From NCBI GenBank assembly GCA_938084135.1, contig CALKDS010000045.1:287-64286 (forward strand): DNA of 64,000 nucleotides, given 5' to 3'. Positions within the stretch are counted from its first letter, which is position 1; the number at the start of each line of letters is the position of its first letter. Positions 17,036 to 27,953 of the stretch are shown piece by piece. Under the pieces are notes generated by a model that had not been told where the DNA came from, did no database searches, and was given only the letters and a program-made list of their open reading frames with translations. A program made the position numbers and the translations under genes. Origin of the DNA: an uncultured Flavobacteriales bacterium. Lineage in GTDB: Bacteria; Bacteroidota; Bacteroidia; Flavobacteriales; Schleiferiaceae.

Positions 17036-19767
17036 AAGTCTAATGTAATTTGGCCTTCATCTTGAGATTCTTCTTCCAGCTTGACCTCCGTTTTTTGAAG
17101 GTTATCATCAATCTGTTCCTTCTCAGGATTAACATTCTCAATATCAACTTCTTCAATAGAAATAGATTCTGGAGCTTCATCATCTATGTTTCTTCTTATA
17201 TTATTTACTTCAGTCGTAACCTCAATGAAATCTTTAGAGGCTCCACCAATCTGAATGTTCTCCTCACTGATTAAGTTAATGCGCTTAATTTGATACGAAG
17301 AAAGCCTATTCCCAGCTGCTTTAAATCCTTTAACATTTATTAAGTCTGAAAGCATGAACCGCTCGGATGTTTTTTCCTTACCCTTTATTTTTGAATATAT
17401 AACTTCAAAGTTAACCTTGTCAAATTGACTAATGATATCAATTGATGACTTAGTGTGTTCATTGATTATATGTTCCCACTGATTATTTTTAAACTCTAAT
17501 AAACATCGTTTCACAAAATGTTTTCCTTTGTCTCCATCGTAATAAACAATTCCTAATGGTTTGGACGAATTCCATTTCATTAAATAGTAAGGAATTTCAT
17601 CAAAATGGGTTCTTTTATTAGGAATATAAATTCTAAACCTACCTTTTATATCAGATTGCAAAAGGTAGTCATTCCCTTGAAATGCTCCCAAATACCTTCC
17701 TCTTCCCTGATCATTAATTCTCAAAACAGTATCGTCAAACCACAGTTTTCTTGCAGCCAAAGTGCTAATTCCTGTTGACTTGAGCTCGACTCGCTTAACA
17801 GTTTCTTTAGTAACCGTGTTTCCGCGAGTCGTTCTGCTTCTTATACTCATGTCCGCGAAATCTATATCCCATTTTAATTTCTTTAATCTAGCAGATGCTC
17901 TTAATTGGATTGTAACGATTTCAGCCTCACCATTTGAATTAACACTTAGATATTGAATTACTGATCCTTTTCGACCTTGAGTAAGAGGATATTCTTTATC
18001 CCGAGTAACTCCACCAACAGCAAAACGTTTTATAAAACTTGAACCTTTGGGTCCATCGCGATAAATTAAATTATAAACAGTCCTATCATCTCCTTTTCTA
18101 TAGATTCCAGCATAAAGAATATTAAGGCCAACAAACTTTTTTGAATCGACTTTAGTGACAACAAGAGTTCCATCTTTTCGAATAATTAAAATATCATCTA
18201 AATCAGAACATTCGCAGACAAATTCCTGTTTTTTAAGCGACGTTCCAATAAAACCCTCTTCTCGATTTACAAATAATTTAACGTTAGCTAAAGCTACTTT
18301 TGAGGCGATTACAGAATTAAAAGATCTTATTTCTGTACGCCGTTCTCGACCCTCACTATACTTCTTTTTAAGATTTTTGAAGTAGTGAATTGCGTAATCA
18401 ATAAGATTATCTAGGTTGCCTTTTATTTCAGCGATTCTAGATTCAAGGACCAAAAGTTGTTGATCTGCTTTTCCAGTGTCAAACTTTGAAATCCGTTTGA
18501 TCTTTATTTCGGTTAATTTGATGATATCCTCCTCCGCAATATCGCGAATCAAATGAGAAATATGTGGCTTTAGCCCCTCCCAAATATTCTCTAAAACCTG
18601 CTCCCAAGTCTCTGCCTCTTCAATGTCTCTGTATATTTTATTATTAATGAATATTTTCTCAAGACTTGCAAAATGCCAAAGCTCTTGCTGTTCGAGTAAA
18701 TTAATTTCTAATTCAGAACGAAGTAACTCTTTAGTATTAGAGGTAGAGAATTTCAAAAGCTCAGAAACTCCCGTAAATAATGGTCTGTCATTATCTATTA
18801 CACAGCAAAGAGGAGAGAGAGATGTCTCACAAGAAGAAAATGCATAAAGAGCATCAACAGTTTGATCTGGAGAGACACCTGGAACAAGATGTAGCAGTAT
18901 TTCGACTTTTTCCGCAGTATTGTCTTCAATTCTCTTAATTCTAATCTTTCCTTTATCATTTGCCTTGATGATTGAATCAATTAATGTTTGAGTAGTTAGC
19001 CCAAATGGCAATTCAGAAATGATTAAAGTCTTCTTATCGAGTACAGATATTTTTGCTCTTACACGTACACGCCCTCCTCTTTTTCCGTCATTATATTGGG
19101 AAAAATCAGCAATGCCACCTGTCGGAAAATCGGGGAAAATTTGAACATTCTTACCCTTTAAAATTGATATTGAACCCTCTATTAGTTCTATAAAATTATG
19201 TGGTAAAACCTTTGTGCTCAATCCAACAGCAATGCCTTCTACCCCTTGGGATAGTAATAACGGGAATTTCATCGGAAGATTAATTGGCTCTCGGCCTCTT
19301 CCATCATAGCTAGACTGCCACTCTGTGATTTTAGGATTAAATGCTACTTCAAGAGCGAACTTACTTAATCGAGCTTCTATGTATCTAGATGCAGCTGCTG
19401 AATCACCTGTATAAATATTACCCCAATTCCCTTGGGCCTCGATTAAGATATTCTTCTGCCCCAACTGAACTAAAGCATCACCTATACTCGCGTCACCATG
19501 AGGATGATACTTCATAGTTTGCCCAATTACATTTGCCACTTTATGAAAGCGACCATCATCCATTTCTCTTAAAGCATGAAGGAGCCTTCGCTGCACAGGC
19601 TTAAGTCCGTCCATAATTGATGGTACTGCCCTTTCGAGAATGACATAGCTAGCATAGTCTAGAAAATATTCGCGATACATTCCACGAACTCTAGATTCAA
19701 TTGGTTTTGAATCACCATTAGAATCATCACGATCACTATCTAATATGTTCTCGATTAAATTTGTCAT
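17032..19767 (-). CDS. parC: DNA topoisomerase IV subunit A (GyrA/ParC family)
   Basis: Motifs [14 protein letters not shown] and the active-site region [11 protein letters not shown]. Paired and overlapping with a ParE-like gene. Acidic C-terminal tail. Confidence 0.88.
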   Translation of the reverse strand: MTNLIENILDSDRDDSNGDSKPIESRVRGMYREYFLDYASYVILERAVPSIMDGLKPVQRRLLHALREMDDGRFHKVANVIGQTMKYHPHGDASIGDALVQLGQKNILIEAQGNWGNIYTGDSAAASRYIEARLSKFALEVAFNPKITEWQSSYDGRGREPINLPMKFPLLLSQGVEGIAVGLSTKVLPHNFIELIEGSISILKGKNVQIFPDFPTGGIADFSQYNDGKRGGRVRVRAKISVLDKKTLIISELPFGLTTQTLIDSIIKANDKGKIRIKRIEDNTAEKVEILLHLVPGVSPDQTVDALYAFSSCETSLSPLCCVIDNDRPLFTGVSELLKFSTSNTKELLRSELEINLLEQQELWHFASLEKIFINNKIYRDIEEAETWEQVLENIWEGLKPHISHLIRDIAEEDIIKLTEIKIKRISKFDTGKADQQLLVLESRIAEIKGNLDNLIDYAIHYFKNLKKKYSEGRERRTEIRSFNSVIASKVALANVKLFVNREEGFIGTSLKKQEFVCECSDLDDILIIRKDGTLVVTKVDSKKFVGLNILYAGIYRKGDDRTVYNLIYRDGPKGSSFIKRFAVGGVTRDKEYPLTQGRKGSVIQYLSVNSNGEAEIVTIQLRASARLKKLKWDIDFADMSIRSRTTRGNTVTKETVKRVELKSTGISTLAARKLWFDDTVLRINDQGRGRYLGAFQGNDYLLQSDIKGRFRIYIPNKRTHFDEIPYYLMKWNSSKPLGIVYYDGDKGKHFVKRCLLEFKNNQWEHIINEHTKSSIDIISQFDKVNFEVIYSKIKGKEKTSERFMLSDLINVKGFKAAGNRLSSYQIKRINLISEENIQIGGASKDFIEVTTEVNNIRRNIDDEAPESISIEEVDIENVNPEKEQIDDNLQKTEVKLEEESQDEGQITLDF

Positions 19768-21611
19768 AGGTCAGCAATGTCCTTTTCAACCTTTAAATTA
19801 TCAATGATAAACTCTTGGCGATTCGGTGTGTTTTTTCCCATGTAATATTCTAACAAAGAGTCAATATGTTCTTTACCAAGCATAACCGGTTCTAATCTAA
19901 TATTCTCACCGATAAACGTTTTGAATTCTCCTGGTGATATTTCACCTAAACCTTTAAATCTGGTAATCTCCGGCTTTACGCCGAGTTCGGATATAGCCCT
20001 TTCTTTTTCACTAGAGTCATAACAATATTGAGTCTTTTTCTTGTTCCTAACCCGAAAAAGAGGTGTTTGCAAAATATAGAGATGTCCCTCACTCACTAAT
20101 TCGGGGAAAAATTGCAGAAAAAAAGTTATCAAAAGAAGCCTAATATGCATTCCATCTACATCGGCATCAGTAGCAATTACAACGTTATTATAACGCAAAT
20201 CTTCTAAACCGTCTTCAATATTGAGAGCAGCCTGCAACAAATTGAATTCCTCATTTTCATAGACTACTTTTTTTGTTAAACCATAGCAATTTAAAGGCTT
20301 CCCTTTAAGGCTAAAAACGGCTTGTGTTTGAACATCACGAGACGAAGTGATTGACCCTGATGCTGAATCACCCTCAGTAATGAACAATGTTGTTTCAAGC
20401 CTCCGCTCGTTTTTAATATCACTGTAATGAAGTTTACAATCTCGAAGTTTTCGATTATGAAGATTAGCCTTTTTAGCACGCTCTTTTGCTAATTTTTGAA
20501 TCCCCGAAAGTTCTTTACGCTCACGCTCAGCTCGAATGATTTTTTTCTGTATTGCATTCGCTACTTCTATATTCTTGTGAAGAAAATTATCCAATTTCGT
20601 TCTAAGAAAGTCTAGGATATAAGTTCGAATTGTTGAGCCCTCGGGCCCCATATCATTACTTCCTAATTTTGTTTTTGTTTGAGACTCAAAAACTGGCTCA
20701 ATTACCTTCAACGAAATTGCGCCAATAACACTTTGACGAATATCTGAAGCTTCGTATTGTTTACCGAAATAATTACGAATTGTTGCAACTAATGCCTCGC
20801 GAAAGGCGCCCTGATGAGTTCCACCTTGAGTGGTGTGTTGACCATTGACAAAACTATAGTACTGCTCACTTTGGGATCTATCGGCATGAGTCAAAGCAAT
20901 TTCAATATCCTCGCCTAGAAGATGTATTATTGGATGTATTATCTCTCCAGAAAGGTTGTTTTCTAATAAATCTTTCAACCCATTCTCTGAAAAATATTTC
21001 TTCCCATTGAGGGATATCGATAAACCTGGATTTAGATAAACATAATTCCAAACTAGCTTCTCAACATATTCAATTTGATATTTATAATTGTGGAAGATTT
21101 TTAAATCTGGTCTAAATTCTACTTTTGTTCCGCTTCTTGAAGTACTCTCCAGGATATCACTTTCATCAATTAAAACACCTCTAGTGAATTTTGCAGATTT
21201 TCTCTTTTCATCACGGTATGATTCAACAGTAAAGCTTTCTGACAAAGCATTAACTGCTTTTGTTCCTACTCCATTGAGTCCAACAGATTTTTTAAATGCC
21301 TTTGAATCATACTTAGCTCCAGTATTCATTTTAGAAACAACATCTACAACTTTCCCTAAAGGTATACCTCTACCAAAATCTCTTATCTCTACAGAACCTT
21401 CGTTAATATTTATTTCGATAGTACGACCTCCCCCCATCACAAATTCATCAATAGAGTTATCAACGACTTCTTTTACTAGAATATAAATACCGTCATCTGC
21501 TGATGACCCGTCACCTAGTTTACCGATGTACATACCAGGCCTGAGCCTAATATGTTCCTGCCACTCTAAGCTCCGAATATTATCTTCAGTATATTCCGTG
21601 TGTTCAGACAT
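19764..21611 (-). CDS. parE: DNA topoisomerase IV subunit B (GyrB/ParE family)
   Basis: GHKL ATPase (VDNSIDE, GRGIP, GLNGVG) and TOPRIM ([14 protein letters not shown]). 615 aa, lacking the GyrB-specific length. A separate gyrB lies at 60114. Confidence 0.88.
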   Translation of the reverse strand: MSEHTEYTEDNIRSLEWQEHIRLRPGMYIGKLGDGSSADDGIYILVKEVVDNSIDEFVMGGGRTIEININEGSVEIRDFGRGIPLGKVVDVVSKMNTGAKYDSKAFKKSVGLNGVGTKAVNALSESFTVESYRDEKRKSAKFTRGVLIDESDILESTSRSGTKVEFRPDLKIFHNYKYQIEYVEKLVWNYVYLNPGLSISLNGKKYFSENGLKDLLENNLSGEIIHPIIHLLGEDIEIALTHADRSQSEQYYSFVNGQHTTQGGTHQGAFREALVATIRNYFGKQYEASDIRQSVIGAISLKVIEPVFESQTKTKLGSNDMGPEGSTIRTYILDFLRTKLDNFLHKNIEVANAIQKKIIRAERERKELSGIQKLAKERAKKANLHNRKLRDCKLHYSDIKNERRLETTLFITEGDSASGSITSSRDVQTQAVFSLKGKPLNCYGLTKKVVYENEEFNLLQAALNIEDGLEDLRYNNVVIATDADVDGMHIRLLLITFFLQFFPELVSEGHLYILQTPLFRVRNKKKTQYCYDSSEKERAISELGVKPEITRFKGLGEISPGEFKTFIGENIRLEPVMLGKEHIDSLLEYYMGKNTPNRQEFIIDNLKVEKDIADL

Positions 21612-21643
21612 AGTTATGTTGCGAATCTACATAAGACTAGAGA

Positions 21644-21655
21644 ACTGAGCTCAGT
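21644..21655. promoter_or_regulatory. Perfect 12-bp palindrome ACTGAGCTCAGT upstream of parE (candidate operator)
   Basis: Read directly. It is its own reverse complement and sits 33 nt upstream of the parE ATG, inside a 129-nt spacer. Confidence 0.3.
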
Positions 21656-21705
21656 CAATCTGGACCTTTTAATTCACTAAAAGCATAAGTTTTTAACAAG
21701 AAGAC

Positions 21706-21735
21706 TAAAAAATAGTATTCATAGGTGAGAATACG
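21706..21735 (-). terminator. Weak rho-independent terminator candidate after ychF
   Basis: Minus strand GTATTC-tcacctat-GAATAC followed by TATTTTTT. The stem is only 6 bp. Confidence 0.3.
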
Positions 21736-21740
21736 CTTGT

Positions 21741-22832
21741 TTAGACGTTAAATCTAAAATGTACTACATCACCATCTTGAACTAAGTAATCTTTCCCTTC
21801 AACTCTCATTCTACCTGCTTCTTTTACCGCGAGTTCATTTTTAAACTTTATATAATCTGAATAAGAAATAACTTCTGCTCGAATAAATCCTTTCTCAAAA
21901 TCACTATGAATGACGCCCGCACTTTGAGGAGCTGTACTTCCTTTTTTTATAGTCCAAGCTCTAACCTCCTTTAACCCAGCTGTAAAATATGTTTGCAAAT
22001 TAAGCATGGAATAAGCCTCTCTTACAATTCTATTTACGCCTGGCTCTGTCAATCCCAAATCCTCTAAAAATAAAGTTCTTTCATCATAATTCTCTAATTC
22101 AATAATATCCGACTCAATTGCCACAGCAAGATGCATGACATGTGAGCCTTCCTTTGCAGCCATGATTTTGACTTTATCTACATGATGATTACCATCTTTA
22201 GCGGAGGATTCATCAACATTACATACGTACAAAATTGGCTTATCTGTAATAAGCCCATATTCTCGGATCCATTGAGATTCTTCTTGTGATCTATTATATG
22301 AGCGAACAGATTTTCCGGACTCAAGGTGCTTCTTTAATCCAATCGCCATTTCTGTTTCGCGAATTGCCTCTTTGTCTCCAGTCTTTGATATTTTACGAAC
22401 CTTTTCCAGTCGCCTCTCTAGGGAATCCAAGTCTTTTAATTGTAATTCCATATCAATAGTTTCTTTATCCCTTATGGGGTCTACTGAGCCATCAACATGA
22501 ATTATATTGTCATCATCAAAACACCTTAAAACATGTAAAATCGCATTACACTCTCTAATATTTCCCAAAAATTGATTCCCTAGTCCTTCGCCCTTACTTG
22601 CTCCTTTTACGAGGCCAGCAATATCAACAATTTCCACAGTTGCTGGAATTACTTTTTCAGGACCTACTAAAGATTCTAATACTCCCAGTCTTATATCTGG
22701 AACATTGACCGTACCAACATTGGGTTCAATAGTGCAAAACGGGAAGTTTGCTGCCTGGGCCTTAGCATTACTTAAGCAATTAAATAAAGTTGATTTGCCC
22801 ACATTAGGAAGGCCTACAATCCCGCATTTCAT
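21741..22832 (-). CDS. ychF: Redox-regulated ATPase YchF (Obg-family GTPase-like)
   Basis: G1 motif GLPNVGKST, central coiled insertion, C-terminal TGS-like ...DGDVVHFRFNV. Confidence 0.95.
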   Translation of the reverse strand: MKCGIVGLPNVGKSTLFNCLSNAKAQAANFPFCTIEPNVGTVNVPDIRLGVLESLVGPEKVIPATVEIVDIAGLVKGASKGEGLGNQFLGNIRECNAILHVLRCFDDDNIIHVDGSVDPIRDKETIDMELQLKDLDSLERRLEKVRKISKTGDKEAIRETEMAIGLKKHLESGKSVRSYNRSQEESQWIREYGLITDKPILYVCNVDESSAKDGNHHVDKVKIMAAKEGSHVMHLAVAIESDIIELENYDERTLFLEDLGLTEPGVNRIVREAYSMLNLQTYFTAGLKEVRAWTIKKGSTAPQSAGVIHSDFEKGFIRAEVISYSDYIKFKNELAVKEAGRMRVEGKDYLVQDGDVVHFRFNV

Positions 22833-22848
22833 AATCTTAAATTTTGCA

Positions 22849-22856
22849 CAAATGTA
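22849..22856 (-). promoter_or_regulatory. -7 promoter box TACATTTG for ychF
   Basis: Exact TAnnTTTG on the minus strand, 16 nt upstream of the ATG at 22832. Confidence 0.4.
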
Positions 22857-22871
22857 GTCCCTTAAAGACCT

Positions 22872-22879
22872 TACTTTTG
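22872..22879 (+). promoter_or_regulatory. -7 promoter box TACTTTTG for transketolase N-terminal subunit gene
   Basis: Exact TAnnTTTG, 27 nt upstream of the ATG at 22907, divergent from the ychF box. Confidence 0.4.
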
Positions 22880-22906
22880 TTTATTCTAAATTGATGAAAC
22901 TATTTT

Positions 22907-23755
22907 ATGAATAACTCTATTGAACTCATTCCATCTCAGATAAGACGAGATATACTTCGAATGGTACATGCCGTGCAATCAGGACACCCGGGGGGATCGA
23001 TGGGATGTACTGAATTTTTTGTTGCTTTATATTTTAAATTACTTAACCATAGCCCAGAACCTTTTAATATGGATGGGAAAAATGAAGACCTTTTCTTCCT
23101 GAGCAACGGACATATAAGCCCAGTTTTTTATAGCGTTTTGGCCAGATCAGGATACTTCCCCGTTGAAGAGTTGAATACTTTCAGAAAAATAGATTCGCGC
23201 CTGCAAGGTCATCCAACAACACATGAAGGTCTCCCAGGTATTCGAGTTGCATCTGGAAGTCTCGGGCAAGGTTTGTCGGTAGCAATTGGTGCTGCTGAAG
23301 CAAAAAGACTATCTGGAGATAAAAATTTAGTATTTACACTTCATGGTGATGGTGAACTCCAAGAAGGTCAAGTTTGGGAAGCTGCGCTATATGCAGGATC
23401 TAAAAATATTGATAATATCATTGCAACAATTGACGCAAACGGGCAACAGATCGATGGCTCTACTGAAGAGGTAATGGCAATGGGAGATATAGGATCAAAA
23501 TTTGAAGCTTTTGGCTGGCAGGTTATTCAAATAACAGATGGTAATGATTTATCGAAAGTTATTGATGGTTTAACCTCTGGAATAAAACATTCAGGAAAAG
23601 GAAAACCAATTTGTATTGTTATGAAGACTGAAATGGGCGCAGGTGTTGACTTTATGTCAGGCACGCATAAATGGCATGGAATTGCGCCGAATGATGAACA
23701 ATTAGAAAATGCTTTAAGCCAATTACCTGAAACTTTAGGAGATTACCCCCTTTAA
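22907..23755 (+). CDS. Transketolase, N-terminal (TPP-binding) subunit
   Basis: GHPGGS, SNGH, HGDGELQEGQVWEA (TPP/Mg motif). The 282 aa length is typical of split transketolase. Confidence 0.9.
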   Translation: MNNSIELIPSQIRRDILRMVHAVQSGHPGGSMGCTEFFVALYFKLLNHSPEPFNMDGKNEDLFFLSNGHISPVFYSVLARSGYFPVEELNTFRKIDSRLQGHPTTHEGLPGIRVASGSLGQGLSVAIGAAEAKRLSGDKNLVFTLHGDGELQEGQVWEAALYAGSKNIDNIIATIDANGQQIDGSTEEVMAMGDIGSKFEAFGWQVIQITDGNDLSKVIDGLTSGIKHSGKGKPICIVMKTEMGAGVDFMSGTHKWHGIAPNDEQLENALSQLPETLGDYPL

Positions 23756-25143
23756 TGAAGTTTATACTTTTTATAGCCACTACGCTATTTACTCATAGTG
23801 TTATTCTATGTCAAACAAGATTAACAGAACAATCTGATGGCCCAGAAAAAATAAGTAGAATTCTATTTGTCCTAGACGCTTCAAATTCTATGTACGGTCG
23901 TTGGGAAAATGGAACAAAAATGGAAGTTGCTCAAAGATTAATGACTGAAATGATAGACAGTCTATCTGATGTAGAAAATCCAAATTTCGAATTAGCCCTT
24001 AGAGTATATGGACACCAAAAACCAGTCCCACCGCAAGATTGCAATGACACAAAGTTAGAGGTTGCGTTTGGACCCAATAATCTTTCTCGAATAAAGCAAA
24101 AAATACGAGAACTAAGGCCTTTAGGAACTACTCCAATTGCTCGGTCCATTCTCAGCTCTAGAGGAGATTTTCCAAAGTGTGAAAACTGTAGAAATATAAT
24201 AGTACTTATAACTGATGGAGTCGAGGCTTGTGACGAAGACCCCTGTGCTGCGTCAAAAATACTTCAAAAAAAAGGTATTACACTCAAACCTTTTGTTATT
24301 GGAATTGGTCTCGATCCTGAACTTGTAAAATCTTTTGACTGCGTAGGCTCTTATTATGATGCAAAAAATGAAGTAGCATTCAAAAAAGTTCTTGGGGTCA
24401 TCTTAACCCAAGTTTTAGATAATACAACAGCCCAAGTAAACCTGATTGATAATCAAGGTCTAGCGTCTGAAAGCAATTTACCCGTTATTCTCAGAAACAC
24501 AGAAAGTGATATTGTTGAAGAACTATTCATTCACACTTTAAACTATAAAAACTTACCTGATACACTCTCTTTAGATCCTCTTATTCAATATAAAGGGTTG
24601 GTCTATTCTATACCTCCGGTTGCAATAGATTCAACTTATATATACGCTGGTAAGCATAATCAAGTTGGGACACGCGTGATTATGGGGCAATTAAATCTTA
24701 GCATTCCAGGGGCAAAACCTTCTCAAACAAAACCAATAGCGCTGATCCGAAGACCTGGAGAAACTCAAATATTAAATGTCCAAATCTTTAATACATCAAA
24801 TAGATATTTATCAGGCGCATATCAATTAGATATTCTCACCCTTCCTAGGTACAGCGAAAAAATTGAAATAAAACCTGGACGTATTCACAATTACAGCATT
24901 CCTGCTCCAGGAGATGTAACGATACAACTTAAAACTAATGGGTATGGAGCAATTTTTGAGATTGATGGTGAAAAATTAACGTGGGTAACTAACTTAGATG
25001 ATAAACTTACTCGACAACGATATGCCATTCAACCAGGTCAATATATGCTAGTTTATAGGTCTGGAAGTTCACAGCAAACGTCTTATTCAAAAACAAAAAA
25101 ATTCAATGTTTCATCAGGCACTTCAACATTAGTGCGTCTATAA
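23755..25143 (+). CDS. Secreted von Willebrand factor A (VWA) domain protein with uncharacterised beta-rich C-terminal half
   Basis: Signal peptide. MIDAS residues DASNSM (DxSxS), GTTP, ITDGVE. Start overlaps the transketolase-N stop (TAATG). Confidence 0.75.
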   Translation: MKFILFIATTLFTHSVILCQTRLTEQSDGPEKISRILFVLDASNSMYGRWENGTKMEVAQRLMTEMIDSLSDVENPNFELALRVYGHQKPVPPQDCNDTKLEVAFGPNNLSRIKQKIRELRPLGTTPIARSILSSRGDFPKCENCRNIIVLITDGVEACDEDPCAASKILQKKGITLKPFVIGIGLDPELVKSFDCVGSYYDAKNEVAFKKVLGVILTQVLDNTTAQVNLIDNQGLASESNLPVILRNTESDIVEELFIHTLNYKNLPDTLSLDPLIQYKGLVYSIPPVAIDSTYIYAGKHNQVGTRVIMGQLNLSIPGAKPSQTKPIALIRRPGETQILNVQIFNTSNRYLSGAYQLDILTLPRYSEKIEIKPGRIHNYSIPAPGDVTIQLKTNGYGAIFEIDGEKLTWVTNLDDKLTRQRYAIQPGQYMLVYRSGSSQQTSYSKTKKFNVSSGTSTLVRL

Positions 25144-25157
25144 TTAATTCAAATAAA

Positions 25158-26108
25158 ATGCATTCATATATAAATTCAGGACATAAAGACACTAGATCAG
25201 GATTTGGCTCAGGCCTTTATCATCTTGGTAAGATTAATCCTAAAGTTGTTGCTCTATGCGCCGACTTAACCGGGTCTTTAAAAATGAATGCCTTTGCTGA
25301 TGAGTTTCCAGAACGATTTTTCCAAACTGGAATTGCTGAGGCTAATATGATTGGAATGGCTGCGGGACTCACTATCGGGGGAAGAATTCCTTTTACTGGA
25401 ACTTTTGCAAACTTTTCCACTGGTCGTGTTTATGATCAAATACGTCAAAGTATCGCATACTCTGGGAAAAACGTGAAAATATGCGCATCACATGCTGGAC
25501 TTACACTCGGCGAAGACGGTGCAACTCATCAAATTCTTGAAGATATAGGCCTAATGAAAATGCTGCCCGGCATGACAGTTATTTCAACTTGTGACTACAA
25601 TGAAACCAAAGCAGCTACTATTGCTATTTCCAATCACTCTGGCCCTGTATATTTGAGATTTGGACGTCCAAAAGTCCCTAATTTTACATCACCAGAAAAA
25701 CCATTTTTAATTGGTAAAGCTGATATCTTAACTGAAGGTGATGATGTTACAATTATAGCAAATGGACATTTAGTTTGGGAAGCTCTTCAAGCATATAATA
25801 GCCTTGAAGAAATTGGTATAAGAGCAGAGGTGATTAATTTTTCAACTATTAAACCATTAGATATTAAAACTCTTCTAAAAAGTGTAAAAAAAACTGGTAG
25901 AGTGGTAACTGCAGAAGAACATCAAAGAAATGGAGGACTGGGAGATTCTATATCACAAGCTCTTTCTTTGAATAATCCCTGTCCCATGGAAATGGTTGCT
26001 GTGAATGATTCATTTGGTGAAAGTGGTAAACCTGATCAATTATTAAAAAAATATGGTCTTGACGCAAAAAACATAATCTCTGCAGTGCAGCGAGTATTAA
26101 AGCGTTGA
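25158..26108 (+). CDS. Transketolase, C-terminal (pyrimidine-binding + C-terminal domain) subunit
   Basis: FFQTGIAEANMIGMAAGL, SHAGLTLGEDGATHQ, FSTIKPLD. 316 aa. Confidence 0.9.
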   Translation: MHSYINSGHKDTRSGFGSGLYHLGKINPKVVALCADLTGSLKMNAFADEFPERFFQTGIAEANMIGMAAGLTIGGRIPFTGTFANFSTGRVYDQIRQSIAYSGKNVKICASHAGLTLGEDGATHQILEDIGLMKMLPGMTVISTCDYNETKAATIAISNHSGPVYLRFGRPKVPNFTSPEKPFLIGKADILTEGDDVTIIANGHLVWEALQAYNSLEEIGIRAEVINFSTIKPLDIKTLLKSVKKTGRVVTAEEHQRNGGLGDSISQALSLNNPCPMEMVAVNDSFGESGKPDQLLKKYGLDAKNIISAVQRVLKR

Positions 26109-26172
26109 TTTTATAATTCATACATTATACCAAATCACTTTTTTACTGATTTTAAAATCACATGAATAATTT

Positions 26173-27357
26173 ATGGATTTAGAACAATCATTTCTGCACC
26201 ACTTGGCGCCTACAACTGAGTCACCTATGGCTTTAACATTTTCTAAGGCAAGAGGAATTTACTTATTTGACCCGCAGGGAAATAAATATTTAGATATGAT
26301 TAGCGGGATTGGAGTGGCTAATATCGGTCATAGCCACCCCGATGTAATTTCAGCGGTGCATGAGCAAGTTGACTCTCACATGCACTTAATGGTTTATGGA
26401 GAGTTTATTCAAAAAAAGCAAGTTACTTATGCCGAATTAGTAACAAAAACTCTTTCTGACCAATTGCAATGTGTTTATTGGGTTAACTCTGGAACTGAAG
26501 CGACAGAAGGTGCTTTCAAACTAGCAAAACGAATAACTGGTAGGTCTGAAATTATTTCCTTCAAAGGATCTTATCATGGGTCAACATTAGGAGCACTTTC
26601 AGCAATGGGATATGAAAAGTATAAAAGAGCATACAGACCATTGATCCCGGGCCACAGGCAGTTAAGTTATAATGATATTAAATCATTAGACGAAATCTCT
26701 TCTCGCACAGCTGCAGTAATCGTAGAATGTATACAAGCCGGTTCAGGATATACCAAAGGCACAAAAGAATTTATGTCCGAACTATCCATAAGATGCTCAG
26801 TACTCGGAGTTATGCTTATTATTGATGAATGCCAAACCGGTTTTGGAAGAACTGGGAAACTTTTCGCGCATCAATTGTATGAAGTGACACCTGATATTCT
26901 TTGTTTAGGAAAAGCGCTTGGTGGAGGACTACCCTTGGGGGCTTTCATATCATCCAAAGAAAATATGAAAAATCTTGCCCATGACCCTATGTTAGGCCAT
27001 ATAACAACTTTTGGTGGAAGCCCCTTGAGTTGTGCCGCTGGAAAAGCAGCGTTAGAAGTATTGATTGCTTCAGATTGGATGAGTTCAGTAAATGAACTCG
27101 GCGCAATCATAACTAATACATTAATCGATCATCCCAAAGTAAGAAGTATCAAGGGCATGGGATTATTAATTTCAATATTCTTGGATAGTCCTGAAGCTGT
27201 TCTTCAGATTCAAAAAAAATTAATAGAACGAAAAATAATTACAAACTTTTTTCTTTTTGAGGATACGGCATTAAGAATAACACCTCCTTTATGCATTAAA
27301 ATTAAAGAACTAAAATATTTTACTTCAAATTTGATTGAGGTTCTAAACGAGTTATAA
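26173..27357 (+). CDS. Class-III (acetylornithine/GABA-type) pyridoxal-phosphate aminotransferase
   Basis: NSGTEATEGAFKLA, IDECQTGFGRTG, PLP-lysine context DILCLGKALGGG. Confidence 0.85.
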   Translation: MDLEQSFLHHLAPTTESPMALTFSKARGIYLFDPQGNKYLDMISGIGVANIGHSHPDVISAVHEQVDSHMHLMVYGEFIQKKQVTYAELVTKTLSDQLQCVYWVNSGTEATEGAFKLAKRITGRSEIISFKGSYHGSTLGALSAMGYEKYKRAYRPLIPGHRQLSYNDIKSLDEISSRTAAVIVECIQAGSGYTKGTKEFMSELSIRCSVLGVMLIIDECQTGFGRTGKLFAHQLYEVTPDILCLGKALGGGLPLGAFISSKENMKNLAHDPMLGHITTFGGSPLSCAAGKAALEVLIASDWMSSVNELGAIITNTLIDHPKVRSIKGMGLLISIFLDSPEAVLQIQKKLIERKIITNFFLFEDTALRITPPLCIKIKELKYFTSNLIEVLNEL

Positions 27358-27360
27358 AAT

Positions 27361-27597
27361 ATGGAAAAGACAAAAAAGCCAACAAAAAAACCAAGTTTAA
27401 TAAAGGGCATTATGATTCTAGCATTCTCATTTCCCTTTTTGTTCGCAGGACCCGCATTTTATTTTTGGATCGGAGCACCAGCACTAAGACAAGGGAATTG
27501 GGGATGGACAGCATTTATAGTCATTTGTATGTTCGTCGGTGCCGGGCTAATAATACGAGGTATTGTAGCCATACTCGATAGTTTTTTTGAAAACTAA
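27361..27597 (+). CDS. Hypothetical small membrane protein (two TM helices)
   Basis: ORF track. Lys-rich N-terminus followed by two hydrophobic helices. Tightly packed 3 nt after the aminotransferase stop. Confidence 0.5.
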   Translation: MEKTKKPTKKPSLIKGIMILAFSFPFLFAGPAFYFWIGAPALRQGNWGWTAFIVICMFVGAGLIIRGIVAILDSFFEN

Positions 27598-27632
27598 CAA
27601 ATTAAAAAGCGCAAAAGAAACAATCTATTTTC

Positions 27633-27941
27633 TTAAGCCTGACCCGTTGGTCCGCCGAAATGAATTGGAATTTGAGGGTGATCAGTTTCTGATATTTTTC
27701 CATGTGCAGACTCAAATCGAGTAACATTTTCTTCAATAGCACTTATTAGTCTTTTAGCATGCTGAGGAGTTAAAATAACACGAGCCTTTACCCTCGCTTT
27801 GGGTAAACCCGGCATCATCTGAATGAAGTCTAAAACAAATTCTGAAGGGGAATGATTAATTACAGCTAAGTTGCTATAAATTCCATCAGCCATTTCCGGA
27901 TTTAGTTCAATTTGAACTTGGTTTTCTTTATCATCACTCAT
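27633..27941 (-). CDS. DUF3467 domain protein
   Basis: GIYSNLAVINHSPSEFVLDFI...RVILTPQHAKRL matches my recollection of the DUF3467 family. Lies directly downstream of rpoC. Confidence 0.7.
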   Translation of the reverse strand: MSDDKENQVQIELNPEMADGIYSNLAVINHSPSEFVLDFIQMMPGLPKARVKARVILTPQHAKRLISAIEENVTRFESAHGKISETDHPQIPIHFGGPTGQA

Positions 27942-27953
27942 ACTCTCAACATA

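Noticed and set aside
21088-21486. Long antisense ORFs inside large genes: 21088-21486 in parE, 33389-33718 and 32348-32629 in rpoB, 49542-49988 and 48957-49304 in the OmpA-like gene, 9944-10231 in the inositol monophosphatase gene, 54264-54761 in secDF, 37409-37693 in rplA, 38385-38633 in nusG
   Set aside because: All are fully nested antisense to confidently identified conserved genes. They have low-complexity or odd composition, no start context (-7 box) and no recognisable family. Treated as chance open frames.
17032-21611. Second gyrase-like gene pair as a duplication or acquired topoisomerase
   Set aside because: The domain content and sizes (615 aa B subunit, 911 aa A subunit with acidic tail), and the separate bona fide gyrB at 60114, fit the normal ParE/ParC (topoisomerase IV) paralogs.
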